A model generated the notes under the pieces. That model was not told where the DNA came from and did not search any database. It worked only from the letters and a program-made list of their open reading frames with translations. Of a stretch of DNA of 32,000 bases, positions 1 through 8,345 are shown in pieces; the stretch's first letter is position 1, and each line of letters opens with the position of its first letter. Made by a program: the position numbers and the translations under genes. This DNA is from Geotalea uraniireducens Rf4 (GTDB lineage Bacteria; Desulfobacterota; Desulfuromonadia; Geobacterales; Geobacteraceae), in the NCBI RefSeq assembly GCF_000016745.1, contig NC_009483.1, positions 1,590,001 to 1,622,000 of the forward strand, written 5' to 3'.

Positions 1-759
1 CTCACCGGTCAGGTGGGTAACGGTGGCATCTCATGGACAGGTGATGTGTTCTCACAGCCGCTCGCATTGCAGTTACGCCATTATGGCTGGAGGAAATGGA
101 CAAAGGAAAGCGCAAAGCGGATTGCATCCCCTGTCTTGCTGAAGGCATACCGCCGCGCGCGAATGCCGAAGGATTATTCATGGTGCCAATCATCCGCCAT
201 CCATCCTGATTTTGCTCGCCGCTTGAACCTGCTGGAACAACGATTGAACGACCCTGCCGAGCATCCGCGCAGTCCGCAAGAAAAGCGTTTTCAGATTCTC
301 CAGCCCGGCTGCTCCTTTGTCGGTGCGCTGCATGCCCAAATGGGGGCAGCTCACGGGCTGGAAATACGCGACCCTACTGCAGATGCACGTGTCCTCGCCT
401 TCACGCTCTCGGTGCCCGACTACATCTTCATGGACCCGACGACGGGGCTGGATCGTTGGCTCATCCGCGAGGCCATGAAGGGCCGTCTGCCGGACGAGGT
501 GCGTTTAAATCGCGAGAGGGGTCGTCAGGCGGGCGACCTTGTCCCTCGGCTTCGCGCCTGCGCCGACGAGGTAGAAACCGCCCTGGACGAGTTGGCCGTG
601 GGGCCTGCGGCCGCCTATCTAAATGTGCCTTATATGCGCGAGGTGTGGGCAATGGTCCGCACCGATGACACTCCGGAAGCTTTTCGCAAGTCGGTAACCA
701 TTCTCACCAGAGGCATCATGGCCGGATTGTGGGTGAATGGGTTCTACAATGTAACCTGA
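1..759 (+). CDS. Lasso peptide cyclase (asparagine synthetase-like), C-terminal part; 5' end is off the window
   Basis: Frame 1 is open from base 1 (LTGQVGNGGISWTG...). The product aligns colinearly with the C-terminal third of the 3881..5782 protein: GLEIRDPTAD.RVLAFTLSVPD.IFMDP.TGLDRWLIREAMK, RGRQAGD.VPRLRACA.EVETALDEL, and TRGIMAGLWVNGFY near both C-termini. Confidence 0.85.
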   Translation, partial: LTGQVGNGGISWTGDVFSQPLALQLRHYGWRKWTKESAKRIASPVLLKAYRRARMPKDYSWCQSSAIHPDFARRLNLLEQRLNDPAEHPRSPQEKRFQILQPGCSFVGALHAQMGAAHGLEIRDPTADARVLAFTLSVPDYIFMDPTTGLDRWLIREAMKGRLPDEVRLNRERGRQAGDLVPRLRACADEVETALDELAVGPAAAYLNVPYMREVWAMVRTDDTPEAFRKSVTILTRGIMAGLWVNGFYNVT

Positions 760-820
760 AATTGAGATGAGTGAAAACATTACTTGCAGACGGTGGATAG
801 TGAAGAGGAAAAGTCATCAA

Positions 821-847
821 GGGCAACCAGCGGGTTGCCCTTTTTTT
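821..847 (+). terminator. Rho-independent terminator after the partial cyclase gene
   Basis: GGGCAACC-agcg-GGTTGCCC stem-loop followed by a run of 7 T. Confidence 0.7.
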
Positions 848-892
848 GAATTCGTTCTCATGTTTAAGAAGCGTTTAAATAGAAAATAATAA

Positions 893-920
893 TTGACAGT
901 GTCCTGGTTTGTGGTATTTA
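893..920 (+). promoter_or_regulatory. Candidate sigma70 promoter in an AT-rich spacer upstream of the GNAT gene
   Basis: TTGACA (893-898), 16-nt spacer, TATTTA (915-920). The surrounding ~190 nt is markedly AT-rich compared with the flanks. Confidence 0.35.
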
Positions 921-1079
921 GATTTAACATTAATTTGCAATAATTGTTAAACTTTATTTTTTGGTAAAGCATACCTGGTATGTCAACCAATCTCAGGCGT
1001 TCTTCAGCGATTCAGAAGCATCTGTCGCTCTCATGTGATTTGGTACGATATGTTGGACATGTCGAACGTCTGGATTCCC

Positions 1080-1583
1080 ATGGAAAACCATAACACCGCC
1101 ACGAAAAGGAGCGAAACTATCCATTTCCGCCCCATTACTGATGAGGATATGGAATTCCTGTACCGTCTGTACGCCTCCACGCGGCTCACGGAGATGGCCG
1201 TTACGGGATGGAACGAAACTCAGATCGAGGCTTTCCTGAGGATGCAGTTCAGGCTTCAGCACATGCAGTATATGCAGAACTATCCCGGTGCATCTTTCAA
1301 TATCGTTTTCATTGACGGCACGCCCGCCGGAAGGCTGTATGTGGACCGCAAAGAGGACAGGATGCTGGTCATCGACATCTCGCTGTTGCCTGACTTCAAG
1401 GGAAAAGGCGCGGGGGGAAGAATTTTGCGGGCACTGGTCGAAGAGGCCGATGCCAAGGGGCTTGTCATGAGTCTGCACGTGGAGAGAAGCAACCCGATTC
1501 TGCAGTTCTATAAAGCGCTCGGTTTTAGGGAACTGGAGTTGAGAGGCATGTACTACTACATGGAGAGAGAACTGTTAAATTGA
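1080..1583 (+). CDS. GNAT family N-acetyltransferase
   Basis: Acetyl-CoA binding motif A-like FKGKGAGGRILRALVEEA and a typical GNAT C-terminus (NPILQFYKALGFRE). The start is uncertain: GTG 1035, ATG 1050 and ATG 1080 are all possible and none has a clear SD. Confidence 0.7.
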   Translation: MENHNTATKRSETIHFRPITDEDMEFLYRLYASTRLTEMAVTGWNETQIEAFLRMQFRLQHMQYMQNYPGASFNIVFIDGTPAGRLYVDRKEDRMLVIDISLLPDFKGKGAGGRILRALVEEADAKGLVMSLHVERSNPILQFYKALGFRELELRGMYYYMERELLN

Positions 1584-1591
1584 GGAAAAAG

Positions 1592-1720
1592 ATGGGTGAA
1601 GGTTACCGGCTGTCACACCCAGACATTGGGGATTTCGTTCTTTTCCTCGGACCGGTGGATATCAAAGGGAGAGACGGGATGTATTACGAAGCGGTTTTTA
1701 ACCGTCTGACGTCACGCTAG
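1592..1720 (+). CDS. Small hypothetical ORF (42 aa) just upstream of the tail-collar triplet
   Basis: ATG preceded by GAGGA (1582-1586). Product is MGEGYRLSHPDIGDFVLFLGPVDIKGRDGMYYEAVFNRLTSR. It is below the ORF-track size cutoff. I cannot assign a family with confidence. Confidence 0.3.
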   Translation: MGEGYRLSHPDIGDFVLFLGPVDIKGRDGMYYEAVFNRLTSR

Positions 1721-1835
1721 AGAAAGGAGGTCAGGGGGGGCACGTGGGAAATGAGTACCTATGTGCGTACTCCATGGTTTGCTTCACCTTGGTCGGCAGC
1801 GCATAACAATCCAGATCAAAAGGAGGAACAAAAGC

Positions 1836-2378
1836 ATGAGCGATCCGTATCTTGGCGAGATCAGGATGTTCGGCGGAGACTATGCGCCGGAGAATTGGCA
1901 TTTTTGTGACGGCACTCTGCTGCCGATCAGTGGCTACGATGCGCTCTATTCACTCATCGGCACAGCCTACGGCGGTGACGGGATCAACAACTTCGCCCTG
2001 CCGGACCTGCGGGGTCGGCTTCCCATCGGCCAGGGACAGGGTACCGATTTGACGAACCACCCGGTCGGAGAGAAAAACGGCACTGAAACGGTAGGGTTAA
2101 CCCTGGCTCAAACACCGGCACACACTCATACGGTCAACGCTGCCTCGGGAACCGGCACGCAACCGAGCCCTGAAAACGGTGTCTGGGCTTCACTTGCGGC
2201 AGTCAACCAATTCATAACCCCCGCCGAGGTAAAATCACCCTCCATTATTCACGACATGAATTCGGCAGCCATAGGGACAGGCTATCAGGCTGGCGGAGCG
2301 GCTCACCTCAACATGATGCCCTCTTTCCCGCTGAGCTTTATCATCGCCTTACAGGGCGAATACCCGACAAGAGACTAA
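1836..2378 (+). CDS. Phage tail collar domain protein (MdpB/COG4675-like), paralogue 1
   Basis: N-terminus PYLGEIRMFGGDYAPENWHFCDGTLLPISGYDALYSLIGTAYGGDG..FALPDLRGR is the tail-collar signature. The C-terminus AHLNMMPSF..IIALQGEYPTR is typical of the family. AGGAGG lies 9 nt upstream of ATG 1836. Confidence 0.85.
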   Translation: MSDPYLGEIRMFGGDYAPENWHFCDGTLLPISGYDALYSLIGTAYGGDGINNFALPDLRGRLPIGQGQGTDLTNHPVGEKNGTETVGLTLAQTPAHTHTVNAASGTGTQPSPENGVWASLAAVNQFITPAEVKSPSIIHDMNSAAIGTGYQAGGAAHLNMMPSFPLSFIIALQGEYPTRD

Positions 2379-2394
2379 CATGGAGGAAATACTC

Positions 2395-2940
2395 ATGGCT
2401 GAACCTTTCTTAGGAGAAATAAGAATATTCCCGTTTGATTTTGCGCCGCGTGGCTGGGCGCTGTGCAACGGCGCGCTGCTGCCGATCGTTCAGAACCAGG
2501 CGCTCTATTCCCTGCTCAATACGACTTTCGGCGGCGACGGCAAAACTAACTTCGGTCTGCCGGATTTGCAGGGACGTGTTCCCATGCCTCCCGGAACCAA
2601 TCCGGTCTGCGGTAACATAGTCGCAGCCGGAAAAAAAGATGGCTCCGAAACGGTAACCCTCACGACCTCTCAAATCCCGCCGCATACCCATTCGGCTTTG
2701 GCAAACAGTATCAATGCCGACTTTGCGTCGCCCGTCACCCTCGCGGCCGGCAATATCTGGGCAAAAGCCGATGACCCCAGCTCAAATCCGGTCAATGCAT
2801 ATGAGTCCGGCGCGAATGCAGTCATGGACCAGAGCGCACTTTCGACTGCGGGTGGCGGCGGAGCCCATAACAACATGCAGCCGTATCAGGTGGTAAACTA
2901 TTGCATCGCCCTTATGGGTTTATATCCGACGCGGCCCTAG
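2395..2940 (+). CDS. Phage tail collar domain protein, paralogue 2
   Basis: PFLGEIRIFPFDFAPRGWALCNGALLPIVQNQALYSLLNTTFGGDG..FGLPDLQGR, then GGGGAHNNMQPYQVVNYCIALMGLYPTR. GGAGGA (2383-2388) sits upstream of ATG 2395. Confidence 0.85.
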   Translation: MAEPFLGEIRIFPFDFAPRGWALCNGALLPIVQNQALYSLLNTTFGGDGKTNFGLPDLQGRVPMPPGTNPVCGNIVAAGKKDGSETVTLTTSQIPPHTHSALANSINADFASPVTLAAGNIWAKADDPSSNPVNAYESGANAVMDQSALSTAGGGGAHNNMQPYQVVNYCIALMGLYPTRP

Positions 2941-2957
2941 GAAAGGAGGATTGATAC

Positions 2958-3491
2958 ATGGCTATTCCATTTATAGGTGAAATAAGGACTTTCGCGGGGA
3001 ATTTTGCGCCCTATGGCTGGTTTTATTGTCAAGGCCAACGGTTGAGCATTACCGAGTTTCAGGCCCTCTATGCGGTGATTGGTGCCACGTACGGCGGAGA
3101 TGGCAGTACCTATTTCAACCTGCCGAATCTGCAGGCGTACGCCCCCATGGGGCAAGGCGCCGGCACCGGCTTGACGCCGCGTACGCTCGGTCATGCCTGT
3201 GGCGTGCCGGCTACAACTCTGATCGACAACCAGATGCCCCCCCACACCCACGCGGCACAAGGGACCAACGCAACAGGTACCAGCAATAATCCCGCAAATC
3301 GAATCTGGGCCAAGGTTATATCGACACCTCAAATTCAACCGTATGGCAAGACGGTAGCCAGTACGCCGGTTGCCATGAAAGCCGATGCCCTTGCTTCCGC
3401 AGGTGGTGGATCTACTCACAGCAACATGCAACCTTACCAGGGGATCAACTTTATTATGGCCTGGCAGGGTGATTTCCCAGTCAGGCAGTAA
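2958..3491 (+). CDS. Phage tail collar domain protein, paralogue 3
   Basis: PFIGEIRTFAGNFAPYGWFYCQGQRLSITEFQALYAVIGATYGGDG..FNLPNLQ, then GGGSTHSNMQPYQGINFIMAWQGDFP. AAGGAGGA lies upstream of the ATG. Confidence 0.85.
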   Translation: MAIPFIGEIRTFAGNFAPYGWFYCQGQRLSITEFQALYAVIGATYGGDGSTYFNLPNLQAYAPMGQGAGTGLTPRTLGHACGVPATTLIDNQMPPHTHAAQGTNATGTSNNPANRIWAKVISTPQIQPYGKTVASTPVAMKADALASAGGGSTHSNMQPYQGINFIMAWQGDFPVRQ

Positions 3492-3528
3492 GCGTCAGGT
3501 ATCGTTGTTCGGTGACATAACTTGTGTT

Positions 3529-3558
3529 GCCCCCTCTTCCGCGACGGGAAAAGGGGGC
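3529..3558 (+). other. GC-rich hairpin between tail-collar gene 3 and the lasso precursor ORF (no T-tract)
   Basis: GCCCCCTCTTCC-gcgacg-GGAAAAGGGGGC pairs at 11 of 12 positions. No U-run follows, so it is a terminator-like or processing/stability hairpin rather than a canonical terminator. Confidence 0.4.
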
Positions 3559-3632
3559 GTTGCAACCTGCCGAAGCCACGCGACGCCCACTAAACAGTAA
3601 AGCTCAGTATTCCAACAACGGAGGGAACAACA

Positions 3633-3803
3633 ATGGATCGTGATAAACAGTCCTGTCCAGACAGCAGCGTTATCAGCGGAGAATCAGTCGCAGCATCCAC
3701 CCGCAGCGCATGGAGTGCCCCGACTATTACGCGGATTGAGATCAAGCGGACCATGGCCGGAGCTTCGGTAGCTTTGGATTCAAGTTTATTCACCACTCAC
3801 TGA
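3633..3803 (+). CDS. Candidate lasso peptide precursor (A gene), 56 aa, absent from the ORF track
   Basis: GGAGGG lies 7 nt upstream of ATG 3633. Product is MDRDKQSCPDSSVISGESVAASTRSAWSAPTITRIEIKRTMAGASVALDSSLFTTH. It ends 77 nt upstream of the cyclase start on the same strand. Thr is at the penultimate leader position if the core starts at A42. Asp is at core position 8. A WxxPxI motif sits in the leader. Confidence 0.6.
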   Translation: MDRDKQSCPDSSVISGESVAASTRSAWSAPTITRIEIKRTMAGASVALDSSLFTTH

Positions 3804-3880
3804 TCTGATTATTTGTAGCCCCGAAAACAGTTCATAATTTGAGAAAATGTCCTGCAGATATGGTGGACGACCGGAAACGG

Positions 3881-5782
3881 ATGAGTGGAATTTTTGGCAT
3901 ATTTAATCGTAATGGCGATCCGGTTGCATCACATACGCTGGAGACGATGCAGTGCGTCATGGCTGAATGGGGACCGGACGGCGGTGACATACTGCTGGAT
4001 GGGGCCGTCGGTTTCGGACAGATGCGCCATTTTACTACTCCGGAAGCGCAATTTGAACTGATGCCGGTTAAATCCCGCGAATCGTTTTCATCCTGGAATG
4101 ACGGACGGAAGTTTGCGTTTACTGCCGCAGGACGTCTGGACAACAGGGAAGAACTCATCGGACGACTTTCAGCCAGCGATCGGCACACAGCAATTCCCGA
4201 CAGCGAACTCATGCTACGCGCCTATCAGGAGTGGGGAGAAAACTGCCCGGCGCGTCTGTTCGGCGACTGGGCCTTTGCCGTATGGCACCCGGAAGAAAAG
4301 CAGCTGTTTCTCGCGCGGGACCACCATGGACACACCGCGCTCTATTACTACGTCGATCCCCGCTTCTTTGTGTTCGCTTCTTCGCGCCAGGCACTGCTCG
4401 CTCTGCATCTGGCGCCGATGGAAATGGATGAACTCTACCTGGCCCAGGTACTGGTTTCATCGCCTGCCTATCACGGCGAGCGCACTATCTATAAACCGGT
4501 AAAACGTCTCCCCCCAGCCCACTCTCTTACGGTAACCCCTGACCATATGTCTACCCACCGCTACTGGCGTCTGGAAGATACGGCGGAACTGCATTTGCCG
4601 CGAAGGGAAGATTATGTAGCGGCTTTTACGGAACTGTTCGATGAGGCAGTGCGGTGCCGCCTTCGTTCGGACAGAAAGATCGCCGTCTCCCTGAGCGGTG
4701 GGCTGGATTCCGGATCGGTTGCCGCAACTGCGGCGAAATTTCTGAAAAGGGATGACAAGCGCCTATCCGCATTTTCCTCCGCACCATTATCGGATACCGG
4801 CATGTATGTGGGAAAACGCTTCGGTGACGAATTTTCTTTCGCGCAGAAGACCGCCGACCATTGCGGCAATATTGACCTGTATAAAATTACTGCCGACACA
4901 ATCTCGCCTATCCAGGCAATTCGCGCGATGTTGACGGTCAATAACGAACCCGCCCATGCCGCCGGAAATTTCTTCTGGCTTCAAGCTATCCGTCAGGCCG
5001 CCCGCTCCCACGGAAGCCGCGTACTCCTGACCGGGCAGATGGGAAACGCCGGGATCTCGTGGACCGGCTCGGTTTTTTCTCAACCGGCGGCCTTCCAGCG
5101 ACGACATTTGGGCTGGCAGCGCTGGGCGAAAGAACTGGCAAAACAGTATACGCCCTCTTCATTGTTGAATGCCTACCGGCAGTTGCGAAAACCACCTCCT
5201 GCACTGGGAAGCTTTTCCGCTTTGCACCCTGATCTGGCGCGCAGACTGAACCAGGCAGAACGCATGATGAGCGATACCGTGCACCATCCGCGTACCCCCT
5301 TGGAACAGCGCTGTCATATTATTATGCCAGGACGTTCCCATGGCGGATTTCGCCATGCCGAGAACGGTGTTGTTTACGGTCTTGAGATCCGCGACCCCAC
5401 CGCCGATGTCCGTGTGCTGGCCTTTACCCTGTCCGTGCCCGACCATATCTTCATGGACCCGAAGACAGGACTGGACCGTTGGCTCATCCGCGAGGCGATG
5501 AAAGAATGCCTGCCGGATGAAGTGCGCCTGAATCGCCGGAGAGGGCGTCAGGCGGGTGACATTGTCCCACGTCTGCGCGCCTGTGCCGCCGAGGTCGAAA
5601 CCGCCCTGGACGAACTGGCCTGTGGGCCTGCTGCCGCCTTTGTTAATGTGCCCTATATGCGCGAAGTGTGGGCGATGGTCCTTACAAAAGACACCCCGGA
5701 TACGTTCCTTCTGTCATTAACCGTCCTCACCAGGGGAATCATGGCCGGGTTGTGGGTGAACGGGTTCTACCATGTTTCCTGA
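3881..5782 (+). CDS. Lasso peptide cyclase (asparagine synthetase B homologue, McjC-like)
   Basis: The N-terminus MSGIFGIF has Ser in place of the AsnB nucleophile Cys. The PP-loop is SLSGGLDSGS. The length and C-terminal domain are typical. Upstream TTG 3839 and ATG 3860 are alternative starts. Confidence 0.9.
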   Translation: MSGIFGIFNRNGDPVASHTLETMQCVMAEWGPDGGDILLDGAVGFGQMRHFTTPEAQFELMPVKSRESFSSWNDGRKFAFTAAGRLDNREELIGRLSASDRHTAIPDSELMLRAYQEWGENCPARLFGDWAFAVWHPEEKQLFLARDHHGHTALYYYVDPRFFVFASSRQALLALHLAPMEMDELYLAQVLVSSPAYHGERTIYKPVKRLPPAHSLTVTPDHMSTHRYWRLEDTAELHLPRREDYVAAFTELFDEAVRCRLRSDRKIAVSLSGGLDSGSVAATAAKFLKRDDKRLSAFSSAPLSDTGMYVGKRFGDEFSFAQKTADHCGNIDLYKITADTISPIQAIRAMLTVNNEPAHAAGNFFWLQAIRQAARSHGSRVLLTGQMGNAGISWTGSVFSQPAAFQRRHLGWQRWAKELAKQYTPSSLLNAYRQLRKPPPALGSFSALHPDLARRLNQAERMMSDTVHHPRTPLEQRCHIIMPGRSHGGFRHAENGVVYGLEIRDPTADVRVLAFTLSVPDHIFMDPKTGLDRWLIREAMKECLPDEVRLNRRRGRQAGDIVPRLRACAAEVETALDELACGPAAAFVNVPYMREVWAMVLTKDTPDTFLLSLTVLTRGIMAGLWVNGFYHVS

Positions 5783-6578
5783 TTTCCTAGCCGACGTCTT
5801 TATCAATTACTCCGCTGTCCCTCCGTATCTTGATGGCGCACGATCCCGCGGCGTGCTCTGGCAGGCCGCGCCTGGTCGTTTTCTGCTCGACCTGCCCGAT
5901 GTGGCACGTTTTCTGGTGGAGTCCGGAACAAAGGTAACTATCGATCCGTCGCCAACGGCTGAAGAAGCGGATCTGCGCCGTTTTGCGCGGATGGCCCCGC
6001 TGGCGGCGCTCTGTTATCAGCGGAGCATGCTGGCTCTTCACGCTGCCGCCGTGGTCGGTCCAAGCGGTGCGATCCTGATCGCCGGGGATTCCGGAGCGGG
6101 CAAATCGACCCTTCTGGCAGCTATGCTGAAACGGGAGTGGAGCTTTCTTGCCGACGACCTGGCGGCGGTGTCTTTGGCTGAAAACGGACTGTCGATGGTA
6201 TATCCGGCCTTTCCGGAACTGGCTCTCTGGTCCGACGCCAGGGGAAAACTGGCGTTTGACGATAGCGACACCGGCAGACATCTCCTGCCCCGGGTAGAGA
6301 GCTTCGGCACCACGCCACAACCGCTGCGCGCACTCTTCCGCCTTGCCGTCCATAAGGGCGAGATTGAACTGGCCGACGTCACCGGGACAAGACTCTTCGA
6401 CACCCTCACCACGCTCTCGTACAACAGCCGGATTGCCGATGCCCTGTTGGAGCGCGCCGCCTTCATGCGCCAGGCTAGCGCCATCGCCCGGACGGTTCCG
6501 GTGCGCACCCTGCGAAGACCGCGTGATCGCTGGTGTGCGGGTGAGCTGGCCGATCTGCTGGAGGAATCCTATTCATGA
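5772..6578 (+). CDS. HPr kinase-like (HprK C-terminal domain-like) protein 1
   Basis: P-loop ILIAGDSGAGKSTLLAAM is followed by FLADDLAAV, as in the HprK C-terminal domain. The start overlaps the cyclase stop by 11 nt. Confidence 0.8.
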   Translation: MFPDFLADVFINYSAVPPYLDGARSRGVLWQAAPGRFLLDLPDVARFLVESGTKVTIDPSPTAEEADLRRFARMAPLAALCYQRSMLALHAAAVVGPSGAILIAGDSGAGKSTLLAAMLKREWSFLADDLAAVSLAENGLSMVYPAFPELALWSDARGKLAFDDSDTGRHLLPRVESFGTTPQPLRALFRLAVHKGEIELADVTGTRLFDTLTTLSYNSRIADALLERAAFMRQASAIARTVPVRTLRRPRDRWCAGELADLLEESYS

Positions 6579-7483
6579 CATATGCCTACTCATTCCACGG
6601 ACTGACCCTTTCCCTCCCCTTTCCCTGCCCGTTCCTGCCGCGCGTCGAGACCGTTTCCGCACCGGATGTGACGGTGGTCTACGGTCCGGTGGCCAGGGAA
6701 CTGGAACACGCCATGGCAACTGATGACAGTTGGGCAGCGGGGTATTGCTGGCAGGCAGCTCCGGGGCGCTACCTTCTCAAAGGGGGGATGAAGTCCGGGC
6801 GCTTTCTGGTGGAAGGCGGCACTAGCATTACCCTTCAGCGCAACGAGAATGCCGAAGATAAACGTATTCTGTTTCATCTTCTACATCCGGTAACCGCCGC
6901 CCTGTTCTGTCAGCGGGGCCTTTTGGCGTTGCACGCCAGCACGGCACACACACCGGCGGGAACCATTGCCCTGTGCGGCAGGTCACAGGCGGGCAAATCC
7001 ACTACCCTTGCGGCCCTGCTCCAGAAAAAAGGGTGCGCCATGGTCTCCGACGATATTACCATTGTGCGCTGTGCGGCGCATGACCGCGTTGAAGTCGTGG
7101 CCGGTTCGAGCGTTATGCACCTGTGGGACGACGCGGCGTACGGCATAGGTCTTGATATATCGGGCTGCGACCGCCACCCGGTGAGACGCGGCAAAGCGGC
7201 CCTGACCGCGCCGAGCATGCCATCTTCGGGGGCGACGCTGCTCCGGAAGCTCTGTATCCTGGAACCCGGTACGGGAAAAATTGTCGGCGTATCGAGGGTG
7301 ACAGGCGCTGACAAACTCGATGCCCTCTTGGAGTGCGTGTACGGTCCGCTTTTTCAGGAAGAGCACCCCGGGTTGTTCCCCCTCTTTTCCGCCACCGCCG
7401 AACAGGCGGACATATTCCGCATCCGCCGCCCCGAAAGCCGCTGGAGTCTGGACGATGTGGTTTCGGTGATACTCGATGCGTAA
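6575..7483 (+). CDS. HPr kinase-like protein 2 (divergent paralogue)
   Basis: P-loop IALCGRSQAGKSTTLAAL is followed by MVSDDITIV. The N-terminal region resembles kinase 1 (W.AAPGR.LL...G.FLVE.GT..T). It has an ATGA overlap with the upstream gene. Confidence 0.8.
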   Translation: MTYAYSFHGLTLSLPFPCPFLPRVETVSAPDVTVVYGPVARELEHAMATDDSWAAGYCWQAAPGRYLLKGGMKSGRFLVEGGTSITLQRNENAEDKRILFHLLHPVTAALFCQRGLLALHASTAHTPAGTIALCGRSQAGKSTTLAALLQKKGCAMVSDDITIVRCAAHDRVEVVAGSSVMHLWDDAAYGIGLDISGCDRHPVRRGKAALTAPSMPSSGATLLRKLCILEPGTGKIVGVSRVTGADKLDALLECVYGPLFQEEHPGLFPLFSATAEQADIFRIRRPESRWSLDDVVSVILDA

Positions 7484-8345
7484 GATTATCTGGCTGGCAT
7501 CATACCCGAAATCTGGCAACACCTGGATGCGCGTACTGCTGACCAACTACCTGCGCAACAGCGCCACACCCGTTGATATCAACAAGCTGGAAGGCGGTCC
7601 CATTGCCAGCGCACGCCTCTGGTTCGACGAATGGGTCGGCGTCGAGGCTGCGGAACTGGACGATAACGTCATAGAACGTCTGCGCCCCGGCGTCTATCGC
7701 TGCATGGCGGGCGAAACCCACGACACGTTGTACATGAAAGTTCACGATGCCTGGGGGCGCACTGACCGGGGGGAAGCGCTCTTTCCGGCGGATGTCACCG
7801 CCGGGGTGGTCTATATCGTGCGCAACCCGCTGGATATGGCCATGTCATGCGCCCATCACTGGGGGGTAGACATTGATACGGCGGCGGAAAGCATGTGCGA
7901 CCCGACGTTTGCCACCTCCCGTTCGCTTGGCGGACTGTCGGACCAGTTGCGCCAGAGCATGCTCTCTTGGAGCGGCCATGTGCAAAGCTGGCTGGATGAA
8001 TCGGGGCTGCCGGTGCATGTGGTGCGTTATGAAGACCTGCTTGCCGCTCCGGCGGCAACGTTCGGCGGGGTTGTCCGTTTCTGCGGTCTCCCTTTTGACG
8101 CTGCCCGGGTTGGCAAGGCGGTCGCCTTTTCCGATTTCTCCGAATTGCAGCGGCAGGAACGGGAAAAAGGGTTTCGCGAACGGTCGCTACGGGCTCCCGG
8201 CTCGTTTTTTCGTCGTGGACAGGCGGGCGCATGGCGCGAAGAACTGCCGCCTGAACTGGTCAACCGTCTGATCGCGGCCCATGGAGAGATGATGAAGAGG
8301 TTCGGATATACAACTCATCAAGGAGGGAATGACAATGTCGATTGA
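7476..8345 (+). CDS. PAPS-dependent sulfotransferase family protein
   Basis: IIWLASYPKSGNTWMR matches the 5'-PSB loop. IVRNPLDMAMS matches the 3'-PB region. FFRRGQAGAWREEL matches the C-terminal motif. It overlaps kinase 2 by 8 nt. Confidence 0.85.
   Translation: MRKIIWLASYPKSGNTWMRVLLTNYLRNSATPVDINKLEGGPIASARLWFDEWVGVEAAELDDNVIERLRPGVYRCMAGETHDTLYMKVHDAWGRTDRGEALFPADVTAGVVYIVRNPLDMAMSCAHHWGVDIDTAAESMCDPTFATSRSLGGLSDQLRQSMLSWSGHVQSWLDESGLPVHVVRYEDLLAAPAATFGGVVRFCGLPFDAARVGKAVAFSDFSELQRQEREKGFRERSLRAPGSFFRRGQAGAWREELPPELVNRLIAAHGEMMKRFGYTTHQGGNDNVD

Noticed and set aside
767-889. 40-aa ORF (MSENITCRRW...) after the first cyclase, considered as a second precursor peptide
   Set aside because: It reads straight through the terminator hairpin and T-run at 821-847, has a poor SD and shows no lasso core features.
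3385-3600. 71-aa ORF considered as an alternative lasso precursor
   Set aside because: It starts inside tail-collar gene 3 in another frame, has no SD and reads through the 3529-3558 hairpin. It also lacks the Thr(-2) / Asp-Glu(7-9) arrangement. The 3633..3803 ORF fits far better.
5787-7546. Minus-strand ORFs 5787..6353, 6038..6508, 6910..7314 and 6983..7546
   Set aside because: All are antisense to the two HprK-like genes, which carry clear P-loops. They are Arg-rich shadow frames with no SD.
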